Below, piece after piece: positions 27,725-37,260 of a stretch of 64,000 nucleotides of DNA. Position numbers and translations under genes: made by a program. Positions within the stretch are counted from its first letter, which is position 1. Every line of letters starts with the position of its first letter. The notes under the pieces are model-generated. The model ran no database searches. It saw nothing but the letters and a program-made list of their open reading frames with translations, and was not told where the DNA came from. Source of the stretch: an uncultured beta proteobacterium (GTDB lineage Bacteria > Pseudomonadota > Gammaproteobacteria > Burkholderiales > Casimicrobiaceae); contig CAVOHM010000006.1 of NCBI GenBank assembly GCA_963695725.1, forward strand, positions 142,463 to 206,462. Direction: 5' to 3'.

Positions 27725-28357
27725 CTAGGCCGCGAACAGCATGTAGGTACCCACATCGGGCCGGGCATACGTCGGCTCGATGACACGGGGCGTCGTCTCG
27801 CTCAGGCGAAAAGGGGCGAACAGCGCGGCGTAGCGGTCGACGGAGCGGCCGATCGTGCAAATCCCGTGGTCGTCTTCGATGTCGCCTTCCCGATGCGTTT
27901 CGTCCGTTTCCTCGCAGAGCAGGACGTGGCCGCCGGGCGCGCACAGCCTGCGGAGTTCGGCGGCCGCGCGTGCAACCATACGGTCCGTCAGATGCTGGAG
28001 GACCGTGAAGGTCAGCACGAAGTCGAAGGCATGGTCGGGTGCGGGAATTGCCGCCAGGCTGTCCACGCGCACGATTTCGCAGTTGAGATGCAATCGCGCG
28101 GCCGCGGCCGCAAACTCGGGTTGACGCTCGAATCCGGTCACGCGGTTGGCATATTCCAGAAGAACCGGCAGCAGTCGACCATATCCGCAGCCGACCTCTG
28201 CCGCACCCGCGAATCGGCGGCCGGCGGTGACCCGCGCGAGGCACTGGCGTATCTGCGCATGTTCGAGATAGGTTCGCAGCGCAAACGCGGGCGCATCGCC
28301 GTCGACGACTTCGGCGAGTTGCCATGGCTTGAAAGTACGCGTGTCGGCGGACGTCAA
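27725..28357 (-). CDS. Class-I SAM-dependent methyltransferase
   Basis: ORF 27725..28357, 210 aa. It carries motif I (AAEVGCGYGR) and motif II (FDFVLTFTVLQHL). Confidence 0.75.
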   Translation of the reverse strand: MTSADTRTFKPWQLAEVVDGDAPAFALRTYLEHAQIRQCLARVTAGRRFAGAAEVGCGYGRLLPVLLEYANRVTGFERQPEFAAAAARLHLNCEIVRVDSLAAIPAPDHAFDFVLTFTVLQHLTDRMVARAAAELRRLCAPGGHVLLCEETDETHREGDIEDDHGICTIGRSVDRYAALFAPFRLSETTPRVIEPTYARPDVGTYMLFAA

Positions 28358-28672
28358 AGCATTGTCTCCAGGCGCGTGCTTGCTGCCTTTGGGTTGTCAA
28401 GGCAGGACGCGGGATGCATTCGCACGGTCCGAAGTATTGAGGGAACGGGCGAGAGGGTCAACATCGTTCGGAGCCGGCAGTAACGCCGGTCTTGGAACGG
28501 CTCGGGTTCGTGTTCGCGTGTCGGCATTGCGCGGTCAAGCGGATCGCCGATCCAATCTCTTCTTGAGTGATCTGGCCAATATCACTACCATGCTCGCTCA
28601 AGTCGGGGCCACACGCCCGGCGCGGCATCGTACAACAATCGGAGTGGCGGGAATCCGCCGCAGGAGGATCCC

Positions 28673-29701
28673 GTGAATCATTTTGTCCAGCGCGCCGTTG
28701 CCGCGTTTGCCGTCGTGTTCTTCGCAGGTTGCGCCACCGGACCTGTCACTGCCCCGACGATGGCGCCGGCACCCGCAGCGGCGATGGCGGGGAGTTCGAA
28801 GTACACCGCCATCCCCCCGAAGAAGGACAGCGACCTCAAGCTCTACCACGCGGACGGCCGCATCGTTTCCGGGCCGGACGCCCTCGCGCGCATGCAGCAC
28901 GACGCGCAACTCGTGCTCTGGCTCGCGGGGAACCAATTTTTCGCGATGGACGACGTCGTGCATGCGTTCCAGAAGAAAAATCCCGGCCTCTCGGTCGGGC
29001 TTATCACACTCCCGCCGGGATTGCTGCTCGACGCGATCGAAAAGGGTGGCTGGGTCTACGGCGGCAAGGAATACCCTGGGCTGCCGGATGTTTATGCGTC
29101 GGTCAACATCGGGCACCTCAAGAAGCTGAAGGCGTTGGGGCTCGCCGATCGGTACGCGGTCTACATGCACAACGAGCTGGTCCTGATGGTCGCGAAAGGC
29201 AATCCGAAGAACGTGAAGGGCATTGCCGACGTGACGCGCGCCGATATCCGGAACTCGATGCCCAATCCGGTCAACGAGGGCATCATGCAGTTCTATGGGC
29301 GCAAGGTGCTGGAGCGCCACGGGGCGTGGCAGCAGCTTTCGGCCGGCAAGGAGTGCGTGTCCTGCCAGACCACACCCAACAACTGGTTCACCGCGGTGCA
29401 TCACCGCGAGACGCCGGATCGGATTCTCGCGGGCACGTCGGACACCGGGATCGTGTGGCTGACCGAAGCGATCGAGGCGCAGCGCGAGGGCAAGGCCGTC
29501 GAGGCGGTTCGCCTGCCTCCGCAGGACAGCATGCGCGACGACGTCGCTTACGCCGTGTGCGCGGTGACCAAAGGCTCCCGCCGGGAAGCCGCCGCGCGCT
29601 ACCTCGCGTTCCTGGCCACCCCGGACGCCCAGGCGATCTACGCGAAGTTCGGCTTCGTCAACGCGTCGGTACAGGAATTGGCGTTGAAGCCGATTCCCTG
29701 A
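28673..29701 (+). CDS. Lipoprotein with periplasmic-binding-protein (ModA/SBP_bac_11-like) fold
   Basis: GTG-start ORF 28673..29701 with AGGAGGA upstream. It has a lipobox (VVFFAGC) and a type-II binding-protein-like body. No transporter partners are adjacent. Confidence 0.65.
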   Translation: MNHFVQRAVAAFAVVFFAGCATGPVTAPTMAPAPAAAMAGSSKYTAIPPKKDSDLKLYHADGRIVSGPDALARMQHDAQLVLWLAGNQFFAMDDVVHAFQKKNPGLSVGLITLPPGLLLDAIEKGGWVYGGKEYPGLPDVYASVNIGHLKKLKALGLADRYAVYMHNELVLMVAKGNPKNVKGIADVTRADIRNSMPNPVNEGIMQFYGRKVLERHGAWQQLSAGKECVSCQTTPNNWFTAVHHRETPDRILAGTSDTGIVWLTEAIEAQREGKAVEAVRLPPQDSMRDDVAYAVCAVTKGSRREAAARYLAFLATPDAQAIYAKFGFVNASVQELALKPIP

Positions 29702-29749
29702 ACCTCGGCCGGCTAGGTCCGGGACGCTTCCGGGCGAGTCGCGCCCGCT

Positions 29750-30181
29750 TCATTTCCGCATGAAGTAGATCTCGAACTTCTGCTTTGCCACGGCCTGGTA
29801 GTAGGTGCCCCTGAGCCGGTCGCTCGCGGGATCGTAGGTGAGGTCGTACGTCGAACCCGCGTAGCCGCCGGCCTGCAACTCGAAATGCGCACGCAGCGCC
29901 CCGCCTTCCTGCGATGCCTTTGCGATGGCAAAGGGTAGCCGATTCGGGTTGAAGTACATCGCCTCGAGCTGGCCGTTCGGGCCGATGCTCTTGATCGCGA
30001 TCGTGTAGCCGCCGTCGGGCCTGACCCAGGTGCCTTTCAGCGCGTCGAGCTTGGTCGCTTCCGCAGCAACCGGGGCCGTGCCGCCTTTCGTGGCCGGCGC
30101 CGCGCTCTGCGCAGTCACTGCGACGCTCGTCGCCAATGCCAGCGCGATGCCGATCACGCGCACGATAACGGATTTGTTCAT
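29750..30181 (-). CDS. Secreted hypothetical protein
   Basis: Internal ATG (30181) of ORF 29750..30352. It has a signal peptide (MNKSVIVRVIGIALALATSVAVTAQSA), is 143 aa, and I recognise no family. Confidence 0.6.
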   Translation of the reverse strand: MNKSVIVRVIGIALALATSVAVTAQSAAPATKGGTAPVAAEATKLDALKGTWVRPDGGYTIAIKSIGPNGQLEAMYFNPNRLPFAIAKASQEGGALRAHFELQAGGYAGSTYDLTYDPASDRLRGTYYQAVAKQKFEIYFMRK

Positions 30182-30272
30182 CACATGGCCCCTTTCGCCC
30201 TCATTTACCGCGATTGCCAGGTACCGCCATACGGGGATCGCGATGGAGAATCGAGCGCGCGTTTCGTGACGG

Positions 30273-30662
30273 TCACCTGACGGTTGCGTCGGCGTGTCGC
30301 TCGTTGGGCCGAGCGACGACGAGCAACAGCGCCACCAGGGCGTGCAGCGCAACTGCCGGCCACAACAGCACGCCGAAGAGGTGTCCGACGGTACCCAGGT
30401 AAGCGAGGTACAGCGCGATCAGCGCGTTGTAGATCAGCATCGCCCAGACGGCTGGCGCATCACGCGCGGCGACCCGCCCGCTCGGCCAGCACGCCAATCC
30501 CAGCGCGAGCAATGCGATGCCGAAACATCGGCCGACCAGTGTTCCCGCACCGGAAATGTCAATCCCCAGGAGCAATGCCACGACGATCGCGGGATCGATC
30601 ATCAGGACGAGGCCCGTGCCGACCTCCGCGATCGCAGCGAACGTGAGGAGCCCTTTCAGCAT
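30273..30662 (-). CDS. Small hydrophobic membrane protein (4 predicted TM segments), unknown function
   Basis: Met at 30662 within ORF 30273..31370: MLKGLLTFAAIAEVGTGLVLMIDPAIVVALLLG..., 129 aa. It is in the same frame as, and not separated by a stop from, the arylsulfatase tail. Confidence 0.5.
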   Translation of the reverse strand: MLKGLLTFAAIAEVGTGLVLMIDPAIVVALLLGIDISGAGTLVGRCFGIALLALGLACWPSGRVAARDAPAVWAMLIYNALIALYLAYLGTVGHLFGVLLWPAVALHALVALLLVVARPNERHADATVR

Positions 30663-33170
30663 CCCGCTGGCGCCTAGTCGCGCACGCTGGCCAGCGCCCT
30701 TCTTCATGATTTCGCGCTCCTCGGCCGTCAGCTGTTCCGGCCGGAGGTTGTAGGTCAGCTTGTTGATCGTGCCGGTGAAGCGGAACGGCAGCTTGTAGCT
30801 GTCGTCCACACCCGTACGCGTGTCGATCCCGATGTCGAACGATCTCGTCGATGGACATGATGATGGGAATCGTGTGCTCGATCTTCTGCCGGGACAACTC
30901 CCTGCCATCGACCGATAGCACGCCGGTGCCGCCCTTGCCAAAGCCGGGACCGTCGTATTTGAAGTCGAACACAATCGTGTGCTTACCGGGCTTGAGCGGA
31001 TCGACCCAGCCAGTCCGCGCCTCCCACGCCGCCCTCCCAGCGGTACCGCTTCAGGTTGAGCGAGGTTGTAGACGAAGACCGGCTTGCCCTTGAGGAGGTA
31101 GAGAGCGTAGCCGGCGAAGCGGCCGCCCATCGTCGCGATCATTCCCTCCGCGCCGCTCTTGGGGATCGTCACTTCGGCGGTGATCGAGTAGTCCCTGTTC
31201 AGAATGCTCGGCGCATTGCCGACGGGAATGTTGGCGTTCTCGCCTGAGTAGGTGAACATCGTTCGCCCGGCAGTCGCGCTCGGCCGCGGTGTGAGCAGGC
31301 GCGGAAGGATCGAGTTGTCCAATGGGAGGACCTGATATTTCGCCGCCTCCGACAGGAACAGCGCCTGCATCTCCTTCAGCTTGTCGGGATTCTTGGCCGC
31401 GAGGTCGTTGTATTGCGAGTAGTCGTCGGCGATGTTGTAGAGCTCCCACTTGTAGCTCGTTCACATCGCGGCAGCTTGGCGGTTCCGAGCAGCCACGGCG
31501 GGACGGGCGGCGTCGTGGCCGCGTACCAGCCGTCGTGGTAGATCCCGCGGTTCGCGAACATTTCGAAATACTGTGTGTCGCGCTTCGATGGCGCATTGGC
31601 GTTCGCCTGGTCGAACGTGTAGGCCATGCTCACGCCCTCGATGGGCCGCTGCGCGATGCCGTTGACGGTCGCCGGCGCCGGGATGCCGGTGACCTCGAGG
31701 ATCGTCGGCACGATGTCGATCATGTGATGGAACTGGGTGCGGATGCCGCCGACGTCCTTGATGTGGCCGGGCCATGAAACCACCATGCCCTGCCGCGTGC
31801 CGCCGAAGTGCGACGCCACCTGCTTCGTCCACTTGAATGGAGTGTCGAACGCCCACGACCACGCCACGGACATGTGCGGGTAGGTCTTGTCCGAGCCCCA
31901 CGCCTCGTAATTCAGCATGAGTTCCGCCTCGGGTAGAGTCAGTATGCCGTTGTAGGCAGTCATCTGATTCGGCGTGCCTTCCAGGGTGCCTTCCGCGCTC
32001 GTGCCGTTGTCGCCACTGATGTAGATGACGAGCGTGTTGTCGAGCTTGCCCATGTCCTCGACCGCCTGGATCACGCGGCCGATCTCGTGGTCGGTATAGG
32101 CGGCGTAGCCGGCAAAGACCTCCGCCTCGCGCGCGTAGAGCTTCTTCCGGATGAGTGACAGCGAATCCCACTTCGGCAGGTTGTCCGGCCACGGGGTGAG
32201 CTGGGTATTGGCCGGGATCACGCCGAGCCGCTTCTGGTTGGCGAAGATCTGCTCGCGCAGCTTCTCCCAGCCCATGTCGAACTTGCCCTTGAACTTCTCG
32301 ATCCACTCTTTCTTCGGCTGGTGCGGCGAGTGCGTGCCACCGGGCACGTAATAGACGAAGAACGGCTTGTCGGGCGCGGCAGCGTTGAAGGCTGCTCATG
32401 TACTTGATGGCCTCGTCCGCCATGTCGGTGGTGAGGTTGTAGCCGGGCTTGCCGACCCACGGGAAGATCGGCGTCGTGTTCCGGTAACAGGTAGGGGGTC
32501 CACTGGTCGGTCTCGCCGCCCATGAACCCGTAGAAGTATTGGAAACCCATGCCCACCGGCCATTGGTCGAAAGGCCCGGCCGCGCTGTACTGGTAGGTGG
32601 GGGTGTTATGGTTCTTGCCGAACCACGACGTGGCATAGCCGTTGTCGCGCAGAATCGTGCCGATGGTGGCGCTGTCCTGGCCGATGATCGAGTCGTAGCC
32701 CGGGAAGCCGGTGGACATTTCGCCGATCACGCCGTAGCCGACCGAGTGGTGGTTGCGGCCGGTGATCAGCGCCGCGCGCGTCGGCGAGCACAGCGCCGTC
32801 GAATGGAACTGCGTGTAGCGCAAACCCGCCTTGGCGATGCGATCCATGCGCCGGCGTCGGGACGACGCCGCCGAAGGTGCCCGACACGCCATAGCCCTGG
32901 TCGTCGGTCATGATGAGCAGCACATTGGGCGCGCGCTTGGGCGGCACCACGCGTCGGCGGCCACCAGGACTTCGAATCCTTGGCGCTTTCCTTGATCACG
33001 CCGCCGAACTTCGGGGGCGGTGGCGGCAGCTGCTTGCCGTCGATGGTGGTGGTGGCGCTCGGCGAACCCGGCACGCCGGTGACCGTTTGCGCTGCGGCCG
33101 GCGCCATTGTCAGCGCGGCAGCCGCCGTCAGTCCCGCAATGATGCACATTGCACTCACGTTACGATTCAT
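30663..33170 (-). pseudogene. Large (about 780-aa type) arylsulfatase, disrupted by nine successive +1 frameshifts
   Basis: Homology is spread over all three reverse frames. It includes a signal peptide (MNRNVSAMCIIAG..), [15 protein letters not shown], the formylglycine motif [42 protein letters not shown]..., ...FDFKYDGPGFGKGGTGVLSVDG... and ...FRFTGTINKLTYNL. Frame switches are at ~32954, 32848, 32487, 32387, 31468, 31458, 31061, 31006 and 30843. Confidence 0.85.
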
Positions 33171-33321
33171 GTTCGGTGGTCCTATGGAAAATCGTGAAAC
33201 CGATCTGAGTTTGGAATGCCAGGACGGCCAATTCCGATCAGGAATTGGCGCTGGTTGGTGCGATGAAAGGCGCCGATTCTATCAGCATTCATCGGGTACG
33301 CGGATCGCGCCATCAGCGCCG

Positions 33322-35025
33322 CTAGCGAAACAGCTCCGCCATGTTCTTGCCCGCCAGGCGGCTCGCGAGCAGCACGAGCAATAGCGTCATCACCGTCGTG
33401 ATCGTGCCGATCGCGCTCGCCTGCGCCAGCTGGTCGCCCAGCACCAGCTCGTAGATCGCGATCGAGATCGTCTTCCACTTTGCCGAATAGAGCAGCACGG
33501 TCGCGCTGATCTCGCCGATCAAGGTCGAGAACACCAGCACGGCGCCGGCCAGGATCGCGGGCGCGGCAAGCGGCACCATCACGCGGCGCATCGTCGTGCC
33601 CCAGCCCGCGCCGCAGATCTTCGACGCATCTTCGAGTTTCGGGTCGATCTGCGCGATGGCCGTCGCCACCGAGCGGAAAACGAACGCGACGCGTCGCGTG
33701 AAATACGCGAGCACGATGATGATGGCGGTTCCGGTCAGCACCAGCGGTCCGCTGTTGAACGCAGTCAGGTAGGCGACGCCGACGACGAGTCCCGGCAGCA
33801 CGAACGGGAGCATGATCGTGAGATCGAGCGCCCAGCGCGCGCGCAGGCGGCCCCGCGCGCTGGCATAGGCGGTCACCGTGCCGAACACGATGCAAACGGC
33901 CGTGGCGACGCCGGCGAGGATCAGGCTGTTGGCGATCGGACTGGTCAGCTGCGACCAGACGGCGCGGTAATGATCGAGCGTGTAGCTCTCCGGCAGCATC
34001 GTCCCCGGCCAGCGCGCAGCGAAAGACGCCAGCGCGATGACGAGTTGCGGCAGGATCGCGACGAAGATGACGAACCAGCAGTAGACGTTGCCGAAGGCGC
34101 GCGCGCCCGGATTCGCGAGCCGCGCGGCAGCGCGCGAAGTCCCGCCGACCGTCGCGTAATTCCGGTGCCGGTTGACGAGACCCAGCGCGAGCATCGCGAG
34201 CAGCGTGAGCAGCACGTTGACCGCGGCGATCGCCGACGCGGCGTTGAGATTGAAATACCCGTGGATCTGGTAGTAGATCAGTGTCGGCAGCACCTGGAAC
34301 TCGCCGCCCAGGATCGACGGGACGCCAAAATCCCCGATCGCCTTGATGAACACGATCAGCATTGCGGCCGCGATTGCCGGAAAGACCAGCGGCAGCGTGA
34401 TCGTGCGCAGGATGCGCGCCCGATTCGCACCCGCCATGCGCGCCGCTTCCTCGATGTGCGGATCGGCAGCGGCAAGCGCGCCCTGCACGATCAGGAAGAC
34501 GTACGGAAAATACGAGAGCGCGAGCGCCAGGATCACTCCCGGCGGACCGTAGATCGTGGGCAGCGTCCATCCCGTCCACGCGTGCACCCATTGCGTGATC
34601 GTGCCGTTGCGGCCGAGCAGGATGATCCAGGCGTAGGCGCCGATGAACGGCGGCGAGATCAACGGCACGACGGTCATCGCCGAGATGAGCCCGCGAAACG
34701 GAATCTCGATTCGTGCCACGGCATAGGCCATTGGCAGCGCGAGAGCCGTCGCGAGCAGCGTGGCCGCGAGACCGGAGTACACCGAGTTCCAGAGCGCCCG
34801 CTGGTAGCTCACTGCGGTGAAGAACCGCGCGAAGTTGGCCAGCGTGAGGCTCGTCCAGCCCGGAGGCTCGCCGTTCTTGACGAATGCGAGCAGCATCGCC
34901 TGCGCGAGCGGATAGACGAGGAAGACAATCGTCACCAGTGCGACGCCAAGTCCCAGTGCCCACGCAGTCCAGTCGCGGTCGGGATGCCCGGCCGTGGCAG
35001 CAGATGGAAAGCTTGCAACAGACAT
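33322..35025 (-). CDS. ABC transporter permease, fused two-domain type (Fe3+/thiamine/spermidine class)
   Basis: ORF 33322..35025, 567 aa, with 12 TM segments and two BPD-transporter EAA-loops (EEAARMAGANRARILRTITLP; EDASKICGAGWGTTMRRVMVP). Confidence 0.9.
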   Translation of the reverse strand: MSVASFPSAATAGHPDRDWTAWALGLGVALVTIVFLVYPLAQAMLLAFVKNGEPPGWTSLTLANFARFFTAVSYQRALWNSVYSGLAATLLATALALPMAYAVARIEIPFRGLISAMTVVPLISPPFIGAYAWIILLGRNGTITQWVHAWTGWTLPTIYGPPGVILALALSYFPYVFLIVQGALAAADPHIEEAARMAGANRARILRTITLPLVFPAIAAAMLIVFIKAIGDFGVPSILGGEFQVLPTLIYYQIHGYFNLNAASAIAAVNVLLTLLAMLALGLVNRHRNYATVGGTSRAAARLANPGARAFGNVYCWFVIFVAILPQLVIALASFAARWPGTMLPESYTLDHYRAVWSQLTSPIANSLILAGVATAVCIVFGTVTAYASARGRLRARWALDLTIMLPFVLPGLVVGVAYLTAFNSGPLVLTGTAIIIVLAYFTRRVAFVFRSVATAIAQIDPKLEDASKICGAGWGTTMRRVMVPLAAPAILAGAVLVFSTLIGEISATVLLYSAKWKTISIAIYELVLGDQLAQASAIGTITTVMTLLLVLLASRLAGKNMAELFR

Positions 35026-35028
35026 CGG

Positions 35029-36129
35029 TCAACGGTGATACAGCACGGCGTCGGCGGACGGGACGCAAAGATGCGCACCGCTGCCTTCGGCGATGCCGGG
35101 GAGCGCCCGCGTGGTCTCGACGAGAATGGCCGCTGGCGACGCCTCGGATTGCACCGTATAGCGAATGAGCCCGCCCAGGAGCTGGACGCGCAGCACGCGG
35201 CACGGAATGTCGCCGGACGATGCGGCAAGCGCCAGATGCTCCGGGCGGATCATCACGGTGCCGTCGTCGCCCTCGGGCAGGGTGGCGGCTTCCGCCGCTT
35301 CGAGCATCACGGAACGCTCCGGATGCCAATCCGTTCCGCACCGCAAGCGCACGCCCGCGTCCGGCCTTGCCCGGTCGAGCAAACGGGCCGGAAGGAAATT
35401 GGCGCGCCCGATGAAATCGGCGACGAAGAGCGTCTGCGGGCGCGTGTAGATTTCCTCGGGCGTGCCCAGCTGGATCAACCGGCCCTGATTGAACACGGCA
35501 AGCCGGTCGGACACCGCGGTGGCTTCCTCCTGGTCGTGCGTCACGTAGAGCGTCGTGATGCCGAGCCGGCGCTGAAGTGCCCGTATCTCCTCGCGCATCA
35601 TCACGCGCAGCTTGGCGTCGAGGTTCGCGAGCGGCTCGTCCAGCAGCAGCATCGTCGGTTCGTACACCAGCGCGCGGGCAATCGAAACGCGCTGTTGCTG
35701 GCCGCCCGACAATCCGGCCGGATGACGCGTCGCGTAGGCCTCGAGCTGTAGCAAGGCAAGGGTCGCCGCGACGCGACGATCGATCTCGGCGGCGCGGACG
35801 CCGCGCAGCCGAAGCCCGTAGGCGACGTTCTCGAAAATCGTCAGGTGCGGAAACAGCGCGTACGACTGGAACACCATGCCGATGTTGCGGTGCTGCGACG
35901 GGACGGCCATGAAGTCGCGGCCGTCGACGGTAATCGCGCCGGAGGTCGCCTGTTCCAGGCCCGCGATGACGCGCAGCGTTGTCGTTTTGCCGCACCCGGA
36001 AGGCCCGAGCATCGTGAAGAACTCGCCGCCGCGCACGTCGAAACTCGCGCGGTCGACCGCGGTGACCGTCGTCGCGCCGACCGCGAACACTTTGGTCAGG
36101 TCGCGCACACTCAACGCCGCATGGGCCAT
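35029..36129 (-). CDS. ABC transporter ATP-binding protein (PotA/FbpC-like)
   Basis: ORF 35029..36129, 366 aa. It carries Walker A (GPSGCGKTT), the signature LSGGQQQRV and Walker B (LLLDEP). Confidence 0.95.
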   Translation of the reverse strand: MAHAALSVRDLTKVFAVGATTVTAVDRASFDVRGGEFFTMLGPSGCGKTTTLRVIAGLEQATSGAITVDGRDFMAVPSQHRNIGMVFQSYALFPHLTIFENVAYGLRLRGVRAAEIDRRVAATLALLQLEAYATRHPAGLSGGQQQRVSIARALVYEPTMLLLDEPLANLDAKLRVMMREEIRALQRRLGITTLYVTHDQEEATAVSDRLAVFNQGRLIQLGTPEEIYTRPQTLFVADFIGRANFLPARLLDRARPDAGVRLRCGTDWHPERSVMLEAAEAATLPEGDDGTVMIRPEHLALAASSGDIPCRVLRVQLLGGLIRYTVQSEASPAAILVETTRALPGIAEGSGAHLCVPSADAVLYHR

Positions 36130-36240
36130 TGCTTTTCTTCCGGAGCGGAGCGCCGCGACGATCGCCGCGTCAGTGTCGACGATCCATGCGTACGATGACC
36201 GCGCCCGCCGGGAGGGGGACGCGGTCTTCGGGGTGTACCG

Positions 36241-37227
36241 CTATTTGCTGGAAAATACCTTGTCGAAGTGCTCGAGGTTCGCCTTGCGCAGCGACGTCGC
36301 CGCCTTGTAATCGTAGGCAAAGGTCTTCAGCGTCTTGACGTCCGGCAGGCCCGGCGGCGGCGCCATGTCGCTCCTCGCGCTGCGGCGCTTGTCGATGTCG
36401 ACGATCATCTTGTGCGCTTCTTTCGAGTTGATGAAATCCATGAACTTCCTGGCGTTGGCAGCATTCGGACCGCCCTTGACGATGCCGCTCGCGTCGTTGA
36501 TGAGCGCGGTGCCGTCCTTCGGATAGACGGCTTCGACCGGGAAACCGTCGAGCTTGCTTGCGAGTATGTTGAACTCGCTGGTGAGCCCGATCGGGATCTC
36601 GCCCTTGGCGACGTTCTGGTACGCGAGCTTCGAACTCGTGACGAACGTCGCGGTGCCGATGACCTTGTCCATCCCGCCCCAGCCGTACAGTTGTAGCATC
36701 TGCTGCATCTGCGAATAGGCCGACCCCGACTGCGCCGGATTCGCCATGACGATCTTCCCCTTGTAGTCGGGCTTGGCAAGATCCATCCACGTCTGCGGCG
36801 CCTTGTCGAGCGGCATCATCTTCGTGTTGACGATGAACGCCTGGAAGTTGGTCGAGAAACCGTAGTACTTGTGATCCGGCCCGACCGCGGTGCGCGGGAA
36901 AGCCGCGTCTTCCTTCGACTTGTAACCCTCGAAGAGGTCGATCGCGGCATCGAATACGTCGATGTCGGGTCCCACCAGCACGTCGGCGCGCGGATTGGCT
37001 TTTTCGGCCTGAATGCGAGTGAGGAGTTCACCGCTGCCGCCGCTGATCACATCGACCTTGATGCCGGGACTTTGCTTCTGGAACGCCTCGACGAACGCTG
37101 TCATCACCTTCGGACTGACGGCGTTGTAGACAACGACCGATTGCGCCTGCGCCGAAGAGACGCTGGTCAACGTACCCGCCGCCACGACCGCGGTCAGCGC
37201 CGCGGCGACTCGATTGCCGATCTTCAT
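36241..37227 (-). CDS. ABC transporter periplasmic solute-binding protein (Fe3+-type family)
   Basis: ORF 36241..37227, 328 aa. It has a signal peptide (MKIGNRVAAALTAVVAAGTLTSVSSAQA) and is co-oriented with the ATPase and permease. Confidence 0.85.
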   Translation of the reverse strand: MKIGNRVAAALTAVVAAGTLTSVSSAQAQSVVVYNAVSPKVMTAFVEAFQKQSPGIKVDVISGGSGELLTRIQAEKANPRADVLVGPDIDVFDAAIDLFEGYKSKEDAAFPRTAVGPDHKYYGFSTNFQAFIVNTKMMPLDKAPQTWMDLAKPDYKGKIVMANPAQSGSAYSQMQQMLQLYGWGGMDKVIGTATFVTSSKLAYQNVAKGEIPIGLTSEFNILASKLDGFPVEAVYPKDGTALINDASGIVKGGPNAANARKFMDFINSKEAHKMIVDIDKRRSARSDMAPPPGLPDVKTLKTFAYDYKAATSLRKANLEHFDKVFSSK

Positions 37228-37260
37228 TTCCCCATCCTCCTTGTTGGACGACCACGGCCG

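Noticed and set aside
26410-27783. 457-aa plus-strand ORF and 330-aa minus-strand ORF overlapping the DUF4214-methyltransferase gene.
   Set aside because: Only the 26692..27720 frame shows methyltransferase and DUF4214 motifs and tight coupling to the upstream gene. The others are Arg-rich shadow frames.
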